Shown piece by piece: positions 45,050 through 62,163 of a stretch of DNA of 64,000 nucleotides. Source of the DNA: the human T2T-CHM13v2.0 reference genome, Homo sapiens. The translations under genes and the position numbers were made by a program. Under the pieces are notes generated by a model. That model saw only the letters and a program-made list of their open reading frames with translations. It did not search any database and had not been told where the DNA came from. How positions within the stretch are numbered: position 1 is the stretch's first letter; each line of letters opens with the position of its first letter. The DNA lies in the NCBI RefSeq assembly GCF_009914755.1, contig NC_060938.1. One strand, given 5' to 3'.

Positions 45050-45262
45050 CTATGTTTAAGTCCCCAAGCCATTTATGCACTTGTAGCATTAAAAATTTTA
45101 TAATTGATACTTTAATTTGTCGATTTTCTCCTATCATGCTCTAAACTCTGTGAATTCAGGACTATGCCTATCTTCCTCTCTTAGGGCAATGCTTCAAACT
45201 CTCTCACATGTTTGAATGGTGACTGGAAGAAGTGCTCAATAAAGATTTATTGAGTGAGTTAT
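45050..45262 (+). mobile_element. L2 3' end carrying a 31-bp templated insert
   Basis: taaactctgtgaattcaggactatg...gtgctcaataaagatttattgagtgag. Confidence 0.65.
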
Positions 45263-45389
45263 GTTATTTACTTACTACCCACAACGATTTTCCTTTAGAA
45301 ACCTCTAGTTCTAAACTTGAATTATTCTTTCCTCTTTTACTGTCAATCTATTAGATTTTAAATATGACAGGAGAAAATCTTGAATAATT

Positions 45390-46138
45390 TTTAGGGGTGG
45401 AAACCAAGCTTCTCTTCTGGCTTTTCTGAAGCTTTGCTGAAATGAGTGACGGCAGACAAACTAATAGGAGAAAACAGGTACACAAATGTATTTAACCTAT
45501 GCAAGTTAAATAAATTGAGGGAATTCCAGCAGGGTGATTATGCATTAATTTAACAAGGTCCAGATGCCTGTGTACTCTTTTTCACAGGGTAGGGGAAAGG
45601 AGGGTTTAAAAGTAAATAATGTTCATGGGAAATAAATTAGCTTATAGGACAATGGCCTGGAACAAAGTTCCTTTGAGCTCTGGGGGAGGTGGCAGAAAGA
45701 TGAGGGGCAGAACCTCATTATGAACAAAGGTTGTTTAATTATGCAGGTAAAGTTTCCCAGGTAAGCTTTCAGAACTACCTTTAGAAGAATAGTTGAAAAA
45801 TCTGTCTGGGTGATATCTTGACTCCCAATTTCTTCTCTTCTCGGGTAGTTAATCTTTCCTGGGTACCTGATGAGATTACTAGGGACAGGGTTTTAAGACA
45901 ATCACATTTCTTTTGGAAAGAAGTTTTCTTAGTCAGATAAGGAACTTCCAGAGATAGTCGTTTCCAGTGCTTTAGGAAAAAAAAAACAAGAGGATCAAAG
46001 AGACAGAGAGGGCTGGGAAAGGTCAGAGAGAGACGTTGGTTTGGAGGTTTATCTCTGAGGCCTCTTAATTTCCTTGAATTCAAGTACTCAGCAAGCTGAA
46101 ATGCCATATTTTAGGGTATCATTGCCTGAGCCCTAACA
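45390..46138 (-). mobile_element. ERV1 solo LTR (MER34/MER39 group)
   Basis: reverse complement starts TGTTAGGGCTCAGGCAATGATACCCTAAAATATGGC. Confidence 0.8.
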
Positions 46139-46425
46139 ACTTCAATTAACTGAAATAATATTATTTCTAGCAAAGACTTTGAGAGTCTACCATTTGAACT
46201 ACTCATTGCCAGTCTTTTTGTAAAAGGTAGGCACAAGTAAAGATTGCATAGTGATTAAAAGAAATGTTTGAGAGTAAGAGATATCTAGTTTTGATCTTTG
46301 GCTCAGTAATTTATAAGCTGTGTGAACATGGCAAATTGCTTAAGCTGCCTTTGCCTCTTTTCATCATAAATTCATGAATTAATAATACATGAATTATGAA
46401 GTAATAAGAAGCAAATAATAAGATG

Positions 46426-46834
46426 TCTTGACCTGAAAGGAAGGAGCTTGGGTAAAATTAATGTAAGTCAAGAGTTTACTGGGGCCAATCTTGAGGATTG
46501 TAACCCAGGAACATAGATTCAAGTTGCCCTGAATATATGTTTCCATTAGAGGCAGTTACAGGTGGATTTTTAAAGGAAAAGAAGAGGCAGTTTCTGTACT
46601 GTTTACCAAGAATTACATTAAAATAATATAAGCTATTGATTATATATTGTTCTTTGTATCACAAATTCCAGGAACATGAAGATTATGAGTGAAGCAGCAA
46701 GTCAGGAACAAACTGACCTTAAACAATTGCCCCAAGTGTGGATGGGGAAGTACGTGACAAGGCCCATACTCATGTGTCTCTGGGCCTGTGTACCTCACGT
46801 ATCTCAGACTGCTCTGAGCTATCTTCTTTTCTCA
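46426..46834 (-). mobile_element. solo LTR (LTR47/MER72-like, subfamily uncertain)
   Basis: reverse complement starts TGAGAAAAGAAGATAGCTCAGAGCAGTCTGAG. Confidence 0.7.
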
Positions 46835-47018
46835 AAACTATAAGAACAGTGCTGATCTGGGTCAAAAGAGAGAGAAAATGTTAATCACTGTGATAATCAA
46901 TAAAAACCATCTTCGTACAAATTCACCTTTGTAGAATTCCATATACAAAACTGAATTTGAGAGAAAACATATTTTGTAGAATGCAAAAATACTGAAGAAA
47001 ATTATGCGTTAATCTCAT

Positions 47019-47404
47019 TGTATTAATTTGCTAGGGTTTCTATAACAAAGTCCCACAGACTGGGTGGCTTACACAACAGAAATTTATTTTCTCACAGTTC
47101 TGGAGGCTAGATGTCCACAAATAAGGTGTTGGCAGGGTTGATTTATCATGAGTCCTCTCTTCTTGTCTTGTAGATGGCTGTCGTCTCCCTGTGTCTTCAC
47201 ATGGCCTTTCTTGTGTGTGTGCCTGTGTCCTAATCTCCTCTTATAAGGTCACCAGTCATATTGAATTAGTGCCCACTCATATTAAATCATTTTACCTTAA
47301 CTATCTCTTCAAACACCCTATCCCTAAATATAGCCACATTCCAAGGTATTAGGGGTTAGTACTTCAACATGTAAACATGGGAAGATACAATTCAGCCCAT
47401 AACA
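47019..47404 (-). mobile_element. MLT1B solo LTR
   Basis: tgtattaatttgctaggg...cacagactgggtggctta...tcttataagg...acaattcagcccataaca. Confidence 0.92.
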
Positions 47405-47660
47405 CATCATCTTAGCCTATTTGTGCTGCTATAACAGAATATTTGAGACAAGGTAATTTATAAATTTTAAAAATGTATTTTCTCACTGTCTGTATTACCA
47501 GCGGTATTAGGGGTTATTACTTCAACATGTAAACATTGGAAGATACAATTCAGCCCATAACACATTATCTTAGCCTATTTGTGCTGCTATAACAGAATAT
47601 TTGAGACAAGGTAATTTATAAATTTTAAAAATATATTTTCTCACTGTCTGTATTACCAGC
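47345..47660 (+). repeat. 158-bp tandem duplication (47345-47502 / 47503-47660)
   Basis: 4 mismatches; ggt microhomology at the junctions. Confidence 0.95.
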
Positions 47661-48688
47661 GGTGCAGATCTGCACAGGTCTGCAGCAACCTAATTTTTGC
47701 CTTCTCAGAAGAAATAATTTCACTGAGGGGCATAAGGCAGATTTAGAGACTGAGGCAAGTTTTAGAGCAGGAGTCAAAGTTTATTAAAAAGCTTTAGAAC
47801 AGGAATGAAAAGAAGTATAGTACACTTGGAAGAGGGACAGGCAGGTGACTTGAGAGATCAAGTGCCTGGCTTAACCATTAATTTATGGTTTTATATGTTG
47901 GTGGTATGGTTTGGCTGTGTCCTCACCAAAATCTCATCTTGAATTGTAGCTCCCATAATTCCCATAGATTGTGGAAGGAACCCGATGGGAGATAATTGAA
48001 TCATGAAGGCAGTTCCCCCATACTGTTCTCATGGTTGTGAATAAGTCTCACAAGAGCTGATGGTTTTATAAGGGGTTTCCACTTTCACTTGGCTCTCATT
48101 CTTTCTTGTCTGCCACCATGTAAAATGTGCCTTTTGCCTTCCACCATGATTGTGAGGCCTCCTTAGCCAGGTGGAACTGTGAGTCTTGGGTATGTCTTTA
48201 TCAGCAGCGTGAGAATGGACTAATTGCAGTTGGCATACTCTGGGGTCTTGCACCTTTTCTCCCCTGATTCTTCCCTTGGGGTGGGCTCTCTGTATGTACA
48301 GTGGCCTGCTAGCACTTGGGAGGGGCTGCATCCACAGTGTGTTTACTGGAGTTGTGCTCATGCTTACCTAAGGCGTTCTTCCCTTACCATTCAAATGTTC
48401 CTACAAGGTCATATACCAGCTAAACGCCACCATTTTGTCTCAGTGCACATGTGTGAGCCCACTCACCCAACTCCTGAGATCTTATCAGGAAGCCTCTGAT
48501 CACCAGTTTCAGGTGTTTCTGTCTATTTAGATCCTGCCTTTCTCTGGCATTGGCTATGACCAATTATCATTTTAGAGAGACAGTTAACATCTGCTTGATC
48601 ATCACCATCACCTGATGGTGAGGATAGTGTGTGCTGGTGCGGGGAGCTGTCTCCTGTCTCCTGCCATGCTTATCTACCTACTGTAACA
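47651..48688 (-). mobile_element. MER50 ERV1 solo LTR hosting THE1
   Basis: reverse complement TGTTACAGTAGGTAG...CATCAGGTGATGG...GAAACACCTGAAACTGGTGATCAG; TSD tctg/gctg. Confidence 0.85.
47902..48228 (+). mobile_element. THE1C-like solo LTR with internal deletion
   Basis: TSD gttgg; gtgagt joined directly to cttgggtatg (poly(A)-signal segment missing). Confidence 0.92.
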
Positions 48689-49505
48689 GCTGGAGGCTGA
48701 GAAGTCCAAGACCAAGGCACCAGCAGGTTCAGTGTCCAGTGAGGCACCATTGCTCATTGATGGTGCACTGTTACTGCATTTTTACATGGCAAAAGGCAGA
48801 AGGGAAAGAGAGCAAGATAAAGTTAGGCAACTGTCTGAAGCCTCTATTATAATTACATTAATCCAGTCATGAGGGTGTAGCCCTCATGACTTAATCTCTG
48901 CCCCCAAAGCCCCACTCCTTAGTACTCTTACATTCCGCATTACTTTTCAACACGTGAATTCTGGGTGGGACACAGCTTTTAAACCATAGCTCATCTATGT
49001 TACAGTTTCACGTTGTCAGACCAAAGCAATGTTTCTTAACATTCTATATCACACTTAGTTTATCATCCTAAAGTTTTGGTTGCATATTTAAAATGAAAGG
49101 TGTTTAGCTATTAATCTGTCATCTACTTCAAAAACTAACTTATAGGGGATATAACCTTCATTTTTGAGAAAAATTCAACTCTAATCTTCCACTTTAAAAA
49201 TAGATTTGGACAAAAAGTTATATAACTGCTGTTAGAATATTATCACTATACTTTATATGTCCCTATGGAAATAGAGTTTCTCTCTTTCCTTTCTATTTCC
49301 ATCACATTTTATTTATGCCCTTCAATACTGTGCGCTGGCACAATACCCATTACAGGCAACATGTGTCCCAATGGGCCGCCTGCCTGTTTAGTTCTGCAGA
49401 ATTTCTCTCCCTAATTCCCCTAAGACATTGCAAAGAATGCTTCTGTTTGGCAGCCAAGTCTAGGTGCATGCACAGATTGTGAATGCCACTAAATCTGCTG
49501 CATTT

Positions 49506-49780
<275 letters not shown>

Positions 49781-52439
49781 CTACTGTATTTTAACACTTT
49801 AAAATCCAAATGAACTAACATCAATACCTAGTTGAACAAAATTCATAAATTGCCTATTCCTGGCTAAATGTTGTTAAGTAAGGTGTAGCTCTAATAAAAT
49901 TGAGACCTGGTGTCTTACCTCAGGATGTTGGACTGTGTCACAACGGGGATTATTTAGCGATTTTCTTTGTTATAGTCAGGGATTGAATTGCCAAACCCAG
50001 CCATGTGAATTCAATCAACTAGAATGCCTTGAACATCTACTGTGTTCTGGCTTTCAGTTGCAAGGTATGTGTGGCAAGGGAAAATGACTCAAAGAAAATC
50101 CTTTTCCATCACATAACAAATGAAGTCAAAGCCCATGCCTAGCACATGATGTGTCAATAGCCTCATCTTAGTATTCCCATGACTGGACTTACCAGTAGTT
50201 TGTCAATAATTGTTGCAAAGAAAATCATCCTTTAGGACATAACATAAAACATTTGTGAATGCAAATTTTTTCCTTTAAGGAAAACTATAGCTTTTACTGA
50301 AATAAATTTTCGTCTTAGGAATTTAATTAGCATACACAATACAAAAGTCCTGACAAGTTGAAACAGTAGTTTTAAATCTTTAAAATGTTAGATAGTTGTT
50401 TGTGGTTATGGGTTGTTTTCACTTGGGCTATTTTGTTAATTATTTAGTACTACCCACTGAAGAGGCACGATAACTTTATTGGTAAGATAACTGATGCTCT
50501 GGGTGCTTAAGAAACTCTCCTCAATTTAACACTTCCATTCTCTAGAGAATGAAATAAAAGGTGTTGGGAAAACAAGCTAAACATTTGGAGAAAAAATTAA
50601 ACTTGCTTCCTTTTCTGCCTTTCTTAGGCAGAAATCAGTTTTCAATGAATTAAAAATGCACATGTAAAAACAATGCTACAAATGGAAAATAATAGTGGTT
50701 TTTTTTTGTAATCATTGTTTAGGATTAGCCTTACTAAGCAAAAATAAATGCCAAATTGTCTAAAGGAATAAAATCGGTTAAATTTTATAATTATTTTCAG
50801 TTTTATGTGCATACAAAATATTTCCTTCAAAACATCAGAATGTAATTGAGATAATTATTTAGCTAGTTACTTTTCAACATTAGCATTTTTGCGCTAAGAA
50901 TTTAACCTACAGGTAAACAAGTATACAGGATGCGCACTGAAAAACTGCTTTAAATAGAAAATTATGGGAAATTTCTATCATAATTAAACACCAAAAAAAA
51001 CCTTTAAATAACCCCAAAGAACAAAAATTTAGACAAAATTTTATTGGATACAACTGATAAACATCACCTTTATTTTCTTCTTCCAAGATATGACATGAAT
51101 GACTACTAAAATGGAAAATACTGTTATGTTCTGTAACACCCTCACATTATGTAAAAAAAAAATTAAAATTATCTCTTAGAGAAAAAAAGAGATCTTAACC
51201 TTAGAAATTATTTTCTTCTTTCTTTACAGGCATGCATAAAAGTAGAGCTACTGTAAGAGTGGGTCACCTTTTTGCATTACACAACATAAAAAAATACCTT
51301 CACAGCAGAATGAAATATATTTCCTTTGATCTTGTTACAGTAAGAAAGGGCCAGAATGGACGTAAGGTCTCATTTATCATATATTTACGATGAAGGCATT
51401 AATCAAGATAACACCATGTCTCCTGTAGTGAAATCTGTGGATCAAGAAACATACGGAAACAGTTTCAGAGGAGTACATATTTTCTTGAGATCCTCTGCAT
51501 TCACAATCAAAACACCCGCTGCTCAATACACCTCGTATATTTCCAACCCAACATCTCCATTTGTGTTTCCCAGAACTGCAGTTAAAATGATGTATTAGCT
51601 CATATTGGATGATGTGTAAGAGTACCCCATGAAATATTCTGGCAGTGGTGGACCTTCTAAGACAGTGTGGGGAATCATAGCACCTACCCCTGGGGAAAGA
51701 GTCAACTCCAGCCACTGCAGACTGCTTGTGCTGTTGGCAACTTAAAAAAAAAAATTGATGATTTTACTTGCCAAATGTCATTCATTTGAGGTTCTTATGA
51801 GGGTGGTCAGAATGGGGCATCATTGTTCACATGAGTTACCAGACTTCGTAATATGAATAACATTCAGAGCCCAAACGCCAGGGAAACTTCTACATCTCTA
51901 TGTCAATAGTCACAGCTTATTATCAGCTCCAATCTAGAAAAGACATTCCCCACAAAATCAAAATATTATTACAGGCTTTCCAGTTCCATTATTGCATTAT
52001 CATCAGCTTCTCAGATGAGTTGTTGGTACATCATTTTCAACAGCTTAGAGAAGCTTCAGCTCTTTGTCTGTCTACCTTGGCCCATACCAACTGTTTAGCT
52101 TTTGTTTGGGCAATGTGCTCTTGGATGCCACCAGTATAGGACAATAGCCTCTAAAAATTGAATTTAACACTGTGTTAACATGATATCTCTATTTTAGCAT
52201 CACAGTTGATGATCTGGTTAGGAAAAGCTGCCTCTTTGGGCTTTTTATTCAATAATCTGCTATGAAAATCAATTTTAATTGTTTTAAAAGGCCTTAATGT
52301 GAAAGTAGTTACTGATAATGAGAATTTAGGACTACATTTTATCATTTCATCCACTTTTTACTAAATTAGTTAAGGAATTAGAAAAATGTCCAAGAATTAT
52401 TAAAAGGTATTCATCTTACTCTCACACTAATTACTGATA

Positions 52440-53088
52440 TTTTAAAATCCATTATTAGTGTTAGTTGACAAATTATAATTGTATGTACTTACGGAGTACA
52501 ATGTGATGTTATGATATAGGTATATGATGGGGAATGGTTAAATCAAGCTAATTAATATCTTGAATACTTATTTTTTGTAATAAGAACATTTGAAATTTAT
52601 GCTCAGCAATTTTGAAATACATAATACATTACTATTAACTGTAGTCACCGTGCTGTGCACTAGAGCACAGCCAATATATTCATCCTATCTAACTACTTGA
52701 CACCCTTTGACCAACATCTCTTGATTGCCCTGTCATCCTCTAGTGTCTGATAAATACCATCCTACTTTCTGATTCTTTGAATTTGATTGTTTTGGGTTCT
52801 ACATATAAGTATTTGTCTTTCTGTGGCTGACTTATTTAATTTGGTACAATGTCAACTGGTTTTATTCACATTGTTAAAAATGACAGAATTTCCTTCTTTT
52901 TAAAGGCTGAATAATATTCTATTTCATATATGTACAATATTTTATTTTTCCATTCATCCACTGATGGACACTTAGGTTGATTCTACATCTTGGTTATTGT
53001 GAATAATGCAGCAATGAACGTGGGTGCACATATCTCTTCAACATACTGATTTCAAATCCTTTGGATGGATACCTAGAAGTAAGATCAA
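52440..53088 (-). mobile_element. L1MA-type 3' end
   Basis: ttgacaaattataattgtatgtactta...gagtacaatgtgatg...aaatcaagctaattaa...tagtcacc. Confidence 0.85.
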
Positions 53089-53089
53089 T

Positions 53090-53775
53090 TGTATACCATC
53101 GTATATATATATACCACAGTTTCTTTATCCACTCATTGACTGATGGGCATTTGGGTTGGTTCCTCGATTTTGCAATTGCAAATTGTGCTGCTATAAACAT
53201 GCATGTACAAGTATCTTTTTCATATAAATGACTTCTTTTCCTCTAGGTAGATACCCAGCAGTGGGAATGCTGGATTAAATGATAGTTCTACTTTGAGCTC
53301 TTTAAGGAATCTCCCCATACTGTTTTCCATAGTGGCTGGACTACTTTCCAGCAATGTAGAAGTGTTCCATGATCACTGCATTCACGCTAACATCTACTGG
53401 AATACTACTCAGCCATATAAAGGAATGAATTAACAGCATTTGCAGTGACCTGGATGAGATTGGAGACTATTATTCGAAGTGAAGTAACTCAGGAATGGAA
53501 AAGCAAATATCGTATGTTCTCACTGATATGTGGGAGCTAAGCTATGAGGACACAAAGACATAAGAATGATAAAATGGACTTCAGGGATTTTGGGGGAAGA
53601 GTGGGGGTGGTGAGGGATAAAAGACAATAAATACGGTGCAGTGTATACTGCTTGGGTGATGGTTGCACCAAAATCTCACAAATCACCACTAAAGAACTTA
53701 CTCATGTAACCAAATACCATCTGTACCCAAATAACTTAAGGAAAAATAAAATAAAAATAAATAAATAAATAAATA
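53090..53775. mobile_element. L1PB1-like element with 5' inversion (53090-53397 minus; 53398-53775 plus)
   Basis: 3'UTR gctaagctatgagg...aaatctcacaaatcaccactaaagaactta plus A-tail; the inverted piece is the immediately upstream L1 sequence. Confidence 0.85.
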
Positions 53776-53779
53776 GCTC

Positions 53780-54275
53780 ATATTAAGTTCTAGTATTCAA
53801 TAGAACTATAAGTAAATTACACTTAACAATTATTTATTGTATAACTCAAAATAGAAGAGAAGAATTGTAATGTTGCCAACACAAAGAAAAATGTTTGAGG
53901 TGATAGATATCCCAGTTACCCTGTCTTGATAATTACACATTGTATAAGTGTATCAAAATATCACAGGTACTTCCAAATTATGCACAGCTATAATATGCCG
54001 ATGAAAATACAAAGAAAAATGAAACCCTTGAAAAGTTTAGATCAAATAGGATTAGCATGAGTAAATTAATGGAGCATCTGTTTTTAAGTTAATGAGTATT
54101 TCGAAAATAAAATAAAATCTTCTGCATGGTAAAGGAAACAAGGGAGTGAAGAAACAACCTATAGATTAAGAGAAAATATTTGCAAACCTTGTATCTGATA
54201 AGGGGTAGATATCCAAAATACATAAGAAACTCAAACAACTCAGTAGCAAGAAAACAACCCAATTTCAAAAATGAT
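53780..54275 (+). mobile_element. L1MA 3'UTR and L1 ORF2 fragments
   Basis: taagttctagtattcaatag...atgtttgaggtgatagatatc; agaaaatatttgcaaac...atatccaaaataca. Confidence 0.7.
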
Positions 54276-54299
54276 TGCTGGATTTTTTATTTGTCAAAC

Positions 54300-55075
54300 T
54301 ATGATAAAGTCTCCAGTGTTGAAAGAATGGGTTTTTGCACTTACTGACCTAGGTTTGATTCTTACTTCTACGACTAATCAGCCATGTTATTTTGGATAAT
54401 ATACCTACCCTCCTTGATTTAAATAGGAACAACTCTTCTAATTGCAAATTGCAGAAACCTGACTTAATTACCTTGAAAATAAAAAACAAAACATAGTGGA
54501 TGACACAACAGAAACACAAAACTGCAGAGTTTAAGCTGAATTTAGAAACGACATAATTCAAGGGCTTCAGAGCATCGATTTCTCTCTTTTCTCTGTCTCA
54601 AATTCTTTTGCTTTTAATACATATAGACTTTCTCAAGGCAGAAGAAACATGCCATGAATCACTTCATTTGTACAAACATAGAACTTGCGATCACAAATGT
54701 GGGAAAAAAATCATTCCCTACCAACTCACACCCAAGAAATTCATGGGAATGTCCCTGATCCAGCTGGAGACAAATGCCTATCCATAAAAAAAAAAAATTC
54801 AGGAAAATGGGGGGCCATAATTAGCCCCACCTAAGTCCTGAAATGCTTATGTCTAGTAATGATGCATTTTCTGTCTCCTAAAGAAAGACAGAGAAAGAAG
54901 TATTGGGTTGAGACAATTTCTATTTTTCTTTTACCTCAGTTTTCTCATCTGCAAATTGCAGATAATGGTACTTATTCTATAATTTTCATGAGATGTCAAG
55001 GGCACAAGGTATGTAGTCATTAGAACAATTGTTGACCAAGATAATAGAGTTAATAAACTGTAGCTGTCATTAAGG
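54300..55075. mobile_element. MIR (plus) split by an old MLT1-like LTR (~54420-54900)
   Basis: MIR 5' half before and cctcagttttctcatctgcaaa after; ttgcagaaacctgactt MLT1J/K-like text between. Confidence 0.5.
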
Positions 55076-55324
55076 TACTTATGTTAAAAGAGTCATATAA
55101 AATCATTGTTAGAACACCAGCTCTTCTATTACATGGGATGGTACCTAAATATTTAGTTTTTGCCTACATTGCATCATTTGAATTCCATCATAAAAGACAC
55201 ATTTCTCAGTCTTAAATATTTTTATTGACTAAGCATGTTCTCATGCTGTCATGTCATTGCTGAAGTTTACTAAATTTCAATAATCATGAAACAGTTGATT
55301 TTGGTTTTTATTCCAATGATTTTA

Positions 55325-55685
<361 letters not shown>

Positions 55686-55959
55686 TATAATTAGCACACC
55701 AAAAAGCAAATTAATATTTTAACATCAAATATGAAACAAAAAGCTGATGTATTAGTATTTTTAATGAGAATATAAAACATCAAATAGACAAATCATTCAA
55801 ATAAGGACAGAAATGAATGGCTTGCTTATTATTAATGAATACTATTTGTTATAAATATTCATAATTTGGGGACAGCAAATATTTAATCATGTCTCACTAC
55901 ACACAAGGAAATAATTATAATGAACAGTTATAAAACTAGTGTCATTTTTAGTAAGCATG

Positions 55960-56170
55960 CTCTATATTTCAGAGGCTTTACACATATTCTCACATCTTTT
56001 TGTCTCATTCCTATGGTTTTAGGTGTTGTTATTATTTCTCCATTTTAACATTCAACAAACTGAGGTACAGAACAATCAAGTAAGTTGTTAAGCTCATATG
56101 ACCTAGTTGATAGTACAGCGTGTGCTTGAACATAGCTTATTTGAATTTAAAGCCTATGCTACTGACTACT
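55960..56170 (-). mobile_element. MIR
   Basis: ttattatttctccatttta...aaactgaggtacaga. Confidence 0.7.
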
Positions 56171-57099
56171 AAAAAACACTAAGCATAAATGTATAGATCA
56201 AAACCATCAGGGCTTGTACATCTGTGTATTTTTTGCAGCACTTTTCCTATAACCAGTTCTGACTACCTCTCAATTCAAAGCACTCTGGCTCCAGGGAAGG
56301 TAATTAAAGAGTTATGGCTTCAAGGGACTTCCTGCTAGGTCACCAGCTGAATTTCCACGTGTTAACAAAGATAATGTGAGATGTAAATACACAACATAAT
56401 TAGGCAAAAATGGGTGTTTAAATTAGGAGCAAAAGGCCCAATTTGCTGGGAATATGCACAATGAAAACCAATTACCCATGTGGAATGTGCTGACACTATT
56501 ATTTCCTACCATATCAGACACATGCCATTGCTTATAAAATTGTCTGTTCTTCAGTTTTTACATTGTTTTAAGCTGCCATTGCTGTTTAAATCAAAGTAAC
56601 ACTGACGTAATGCTTACCATTTCAGGATGGTCCTTCCGCTTGTAAAGTTCCTGTGTATTCTTTCTCTAATTTCCTTTGACTACTGACTTGTCTTTCTTTT
56701 CCTATTACCAGCATATTAGCCCAGTAAAGTAATAATGTATGGCTAGCATTATGCAAAGTGTTTTTTATAAAAGTTCTATAGGACACAATTGATATTACAT
56801 GAGACCTATATTTAGGAATTTTTAAAAGGACTGGGAGATGTTTTGAAATATTTTGAAGAACTTCTCAAGGATATTGATATGCAAACAGGTTCAGAAAGAA
56901 GATGAAAATGCAACGTTTTCTCAATATGTTTGATCCAGAAACACTGTTCCTGGGAGCATGTCTCTAAACTAGTGGTTCATTACACACGGGGGGACACACC
57001 AATAGGAAACATTTCAGTATACTATTTCTGCCTCTTGTTCATTCTTTTTCTGTCAACAGATATAGTTGTCTGTCTGATATTAATATGCATCAGTACGTG

Positions 57100-57320
57100 T
57101 ACAGCTAACATTTATTACATACCTACCTATGTGATGAAGTCTGCCTAAGAAGCTTTACTTGATTTAACTCAAAGCAATCCTTTGAAGTGTTCTTATTAAA
57201 CCAACTTTACAGATAAGAAAAATGAAATCTGAGAGGTATGGGAAGTGCCTAGGGTTACTTGGTTATTTAATGGTAGAACAGAGGTAGGAACTCAGGCTAT
57301 CAGTTTCTAATGTTACAGTT
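57100..57320 (-). mobile_element. MIR
   Basis: agctaacatttatt...tttacagataagaaaaatgaaatctgagagg. Confidence 0.75.
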
Positions 57321-58295
57321 CAAACTTTTTAGCAAAGGATGTAAAGAAAGGACTTCATGTCTCAAACAATGTTTGCTTTTTTATTTTAATACTGTATCAC
57401 CCAGCCTTCTTATTCTGTTCCCTCTATGAATTACATGGTAATGGAACAATTTATAGACTTTTTAAAACCACGTTACTAAATTTGATACTACTGTAAGATA
57501 AGCAAGTTTATGCTTTAATAAATAAAAAAACTAGAAGTTTTTAAAGTCATCTGGATAAGCGATACTCCTAAAAATATTTTTACTGATATTTTATAATAAT
57601 GTTAATATAATACCCTACAAACTAATATATATGCAGAAATGTAAGGATTTGTCTACCTATGGAAAAAATGGCAAAAAAGGTGTGAACAAAAGCATCGAGA
57701 TCATTTTCTTGATCTCATCAGCTTTAACCACATTGGAAACAAATGCAGAAAATACTGTTTAATCCAAGTTTTCAATAAAACAAATGGCAACATTTCTAGC
57801 CATGTATTTCCCACATCAGTTTAAAACCCTCAGGTATTTAAAAATACCTGATTTTAAAATATCAAATATTTCAGTTTAGGATAACATTTTTATATGGGGC
57901 AGAGAAACTACAACCATTATCTGTGATACTGCTTAATATTTACAGAGAAAGAGGCATTTGAATATAATTCAAAGAAATATTTAACAAATGCATTATATGT
58001 CTTTGTCTGTCATGAGATTTTTTTTCAGGACAGAAGATATGTTTATTTCGTTTCAATGTGTGTCCTCCTTTTTCTTTCTTTTTTTTTTTTTATTATACTT
58101 TAAGTTCAAGGGTACATGTGCACAACATGCAGGTTTGTTACATGTGTATACAAGTGCCATGTTGGTGTGCTGCACCCATTAACTCGTCATTTACATTCCG
58201 TGTATTTCCTAATGCTATCCCTCCCTCCTACCCCCACCCCACAACAGACCCTGGTGTGTGATGCTCCCCTTCCTGTGTCCAAGTGTTCTCATTGT

Positions 58296-62100
<3,805 letters not shown>

Positions 62101-62163
62101 TATGATGTTAGCTCATTATTTTACTCAATAGTTAATGCAATTTCTTCCTAGCATCGATGGTCC

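Larger units (their letters stand above)
47408..48990 (-). mobile_element. MST-family MaLR LTR hosting MER50
   Basis: tcttagcctatttgtgctgctataacagaa...ctggaggctgagaagtccaag...aaaccatagc. Confidence 0.82.
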
